The notes under the pieces are model-generated. The model was not told the DNA's origin, searched no databases, and saw only the letters and a program-made list of their open reading frames with translations. 59,063 nucleotides of DNA, taken from positions 1 to 59,063 of the forward strand of contig JAHELE010000005.1 in assembly GCA_024644345.1 (NCBI GenBank). The letters run 5' to 3'. Shown here piece after piece: positions 58,142 to 59,063 of this stretch (positions within the stretch are counted from its first letter, which is position 1; each line of letters opens with the position of its first letter). The DNA comes from Actinomycetes bacterium. Lineage in GTDB: Bacteria; Actinomycetota; Actinomycetes; JAHEKZ01. Made by a program: the position numbers and the translations under genes.

Positions 58142-58801
58142 CTAGGGGCGTTCAGGGCCTTCTCTTACGGTTCCCGTGTACTGCCAGCGGACGTTCTGAC
58201 CTCCGATCGCCGGCGTATGCCCGTGCTCCGCCACGACTGCCAGCATGGCCTCGGGTGAGTGGACAAAGGTGCGGAACGTTCGACCCCGGATGGCGTACCC
58301 CAGGTTCTCCATCACCGTCTCGGTGCGCGTGAGAAGGCGAGGTCTCGGGTAGCTGAACACGAGCACGCGTCGGGCACGGTCGGCCGCCACGCCCAGCAGC
58401 GCCGCGAAGTCGGGATAGCAGCAGACCACCCGGTGCAGCACCACGACGTCTGCCTCTGGTGCCGCCGAGGGATCGGCCACCACGTCCGCATTCCGACGGG
58501 TCACCCGATCGGCCAAGCCTGACTCGGCCAGGAGCCTGGCGGCTTCGCCCTCGTACGCCGTCGACAGCTCGATATTGGTCGCCTGGGACGCTCCGCGCCG
58601 GAGCAGCTCCAGGTGCAGTCCGCCGACGCCGCCGCCGATCTCCAGCACCGTGGCGCCGTCCGGGCCCTGGTCTGCAGCAAAATCTGCCATCTTTGCCGCA
58701 GTGTCATCGAGCCCCGACGCACGGAACGACTTCGCCGTGCGTCGGGCGTACTTGGACGTAAAGACGTCGTCGTACTCAGCCGGATCACAGCATGCGGTCA
58801 T
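58142..58801 (-). CDS. Class I SAM-dependent methyltransferase (BchM-like fold) with Cys pairs
   Basis: VLEIGGGVG, ELS and HRVVCCYPD; N-terminal MTACCD. Confidence 0.85.
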   Translation of the reverse strand: MTACCDPAEYDDVFTSKYARRTAKSFRASGLDDTAAKMADFAADQGPDGATVLEIGGGVGGLHLELLRRGASQATNIELSTAYEGEAARLLAESGLADRVTRRNADVVADPSAAPEADVVVLHRVVCCYPDFAALLGVAADRARRVLVFSYPRPRLLTRTETVMENLGYAIRGRTFRTFVHSPEAMLAVVAEHGHTPAIGGQNVRWQYTGTVREGPERP

Positions 58802-58870
58802 GTACCTAGTAGACCAGCCGCCGAGTTCGGCGGTGGAGTGCGGCATGGGCCGCCGCGCTGCGCGCAGATA

Positions 58871-58987
58871 CTAGAGACGGGAGTCGTCCACCTCGATCGA
58901 CACGGTGACGGCACCGCCGTCGCCCTTGCCACCACGGATCGTTTTCGGCACAGCGAGCAGCCAACCTGCATTCTCACCACTTGCCAC
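58871..58987 (-). pseudogene. C-terminal remnant of a DUF1905-like gene
   Basis: VASGENAGWLLAVPKTIRGGKGDGGAVTVSIEVDDSRL* resembles the DUF1905 C-terminus. The N-terminal part is missing. Confidence 0.45.
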
Positions 58988-58990
58988 TAA

Positions 58991-59063
58991 CTACGGGCGA
59001 CTGAGTGCGAAACGGTGCACCATCACCACCAGCTGGACGCGATCACGGGCATTGAGCTTGTCC
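58991..59063 (-). CDS. C-terminus of a NarL/LuxR response regulator (5' part outside the window)
   Basis: DKLNARDRVQLVVMVHRFALSRP* matches the KLxARDRVQLVV end of LuxR HTH regulators. Confidence 0.7.
   Translation of the reverse strand, partial: DKLNARDRVQLVVMVHRFALSRP

Noticed and set aside
58142-58801. Evidence of bacteriochlorophyll synthesis
   Set aside because: Only fold-level resemblance to BchM, and no other bch or puf genes in the window.

Overview
High-GC actinobacterial chromosome segment (Actinomycetes; gene order resembles the Streptomyces/Frankia-type core). It carries about 62 CDS and no rRNA, tRNA, CRISPR array, transposase or prophage that I can recognise. Core blocks: Prim-PolC/msrB; coproporphyrin-dependent haem genes (hemQ, hemY, hemE, and hemH further on); DUF3000-whiI-rnd-fadA-fadB; dxs; acnA; TRAM RNA methyltransferase/APC permease/trkA pair; DUF3159-OB-DUF3710-dut; suhB-hemH; sepH; Pat acetyltransferase; topoisomerase IV parC/parE. 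Small accessory genes are interspersed. The best second-look candidates are: (i) a three-gene module of a STAND-ATPase/LuxR (LAL) regulator, an SCO4226/DUF4242 Ni-binding protein and a translationally coupled secreted Met/His-motif protein, with a direct-repeat operator candidate; (ii) a WhiI orthologue behind a WhiG/sigma28-like promoter overlapped by a palindrome, with a second sigma28-like promoter before DUF4193; (iii) an AAC(2')-family acetyltransferase; (iv) a DapB homologue lacking the catalytic His pair; (v) clear TamR-like and CRP-like operators and pervasive leaderless promoters. All family assignments come from motif recognition by eye, not database searches. Several starts were adjusted from the ORF track.
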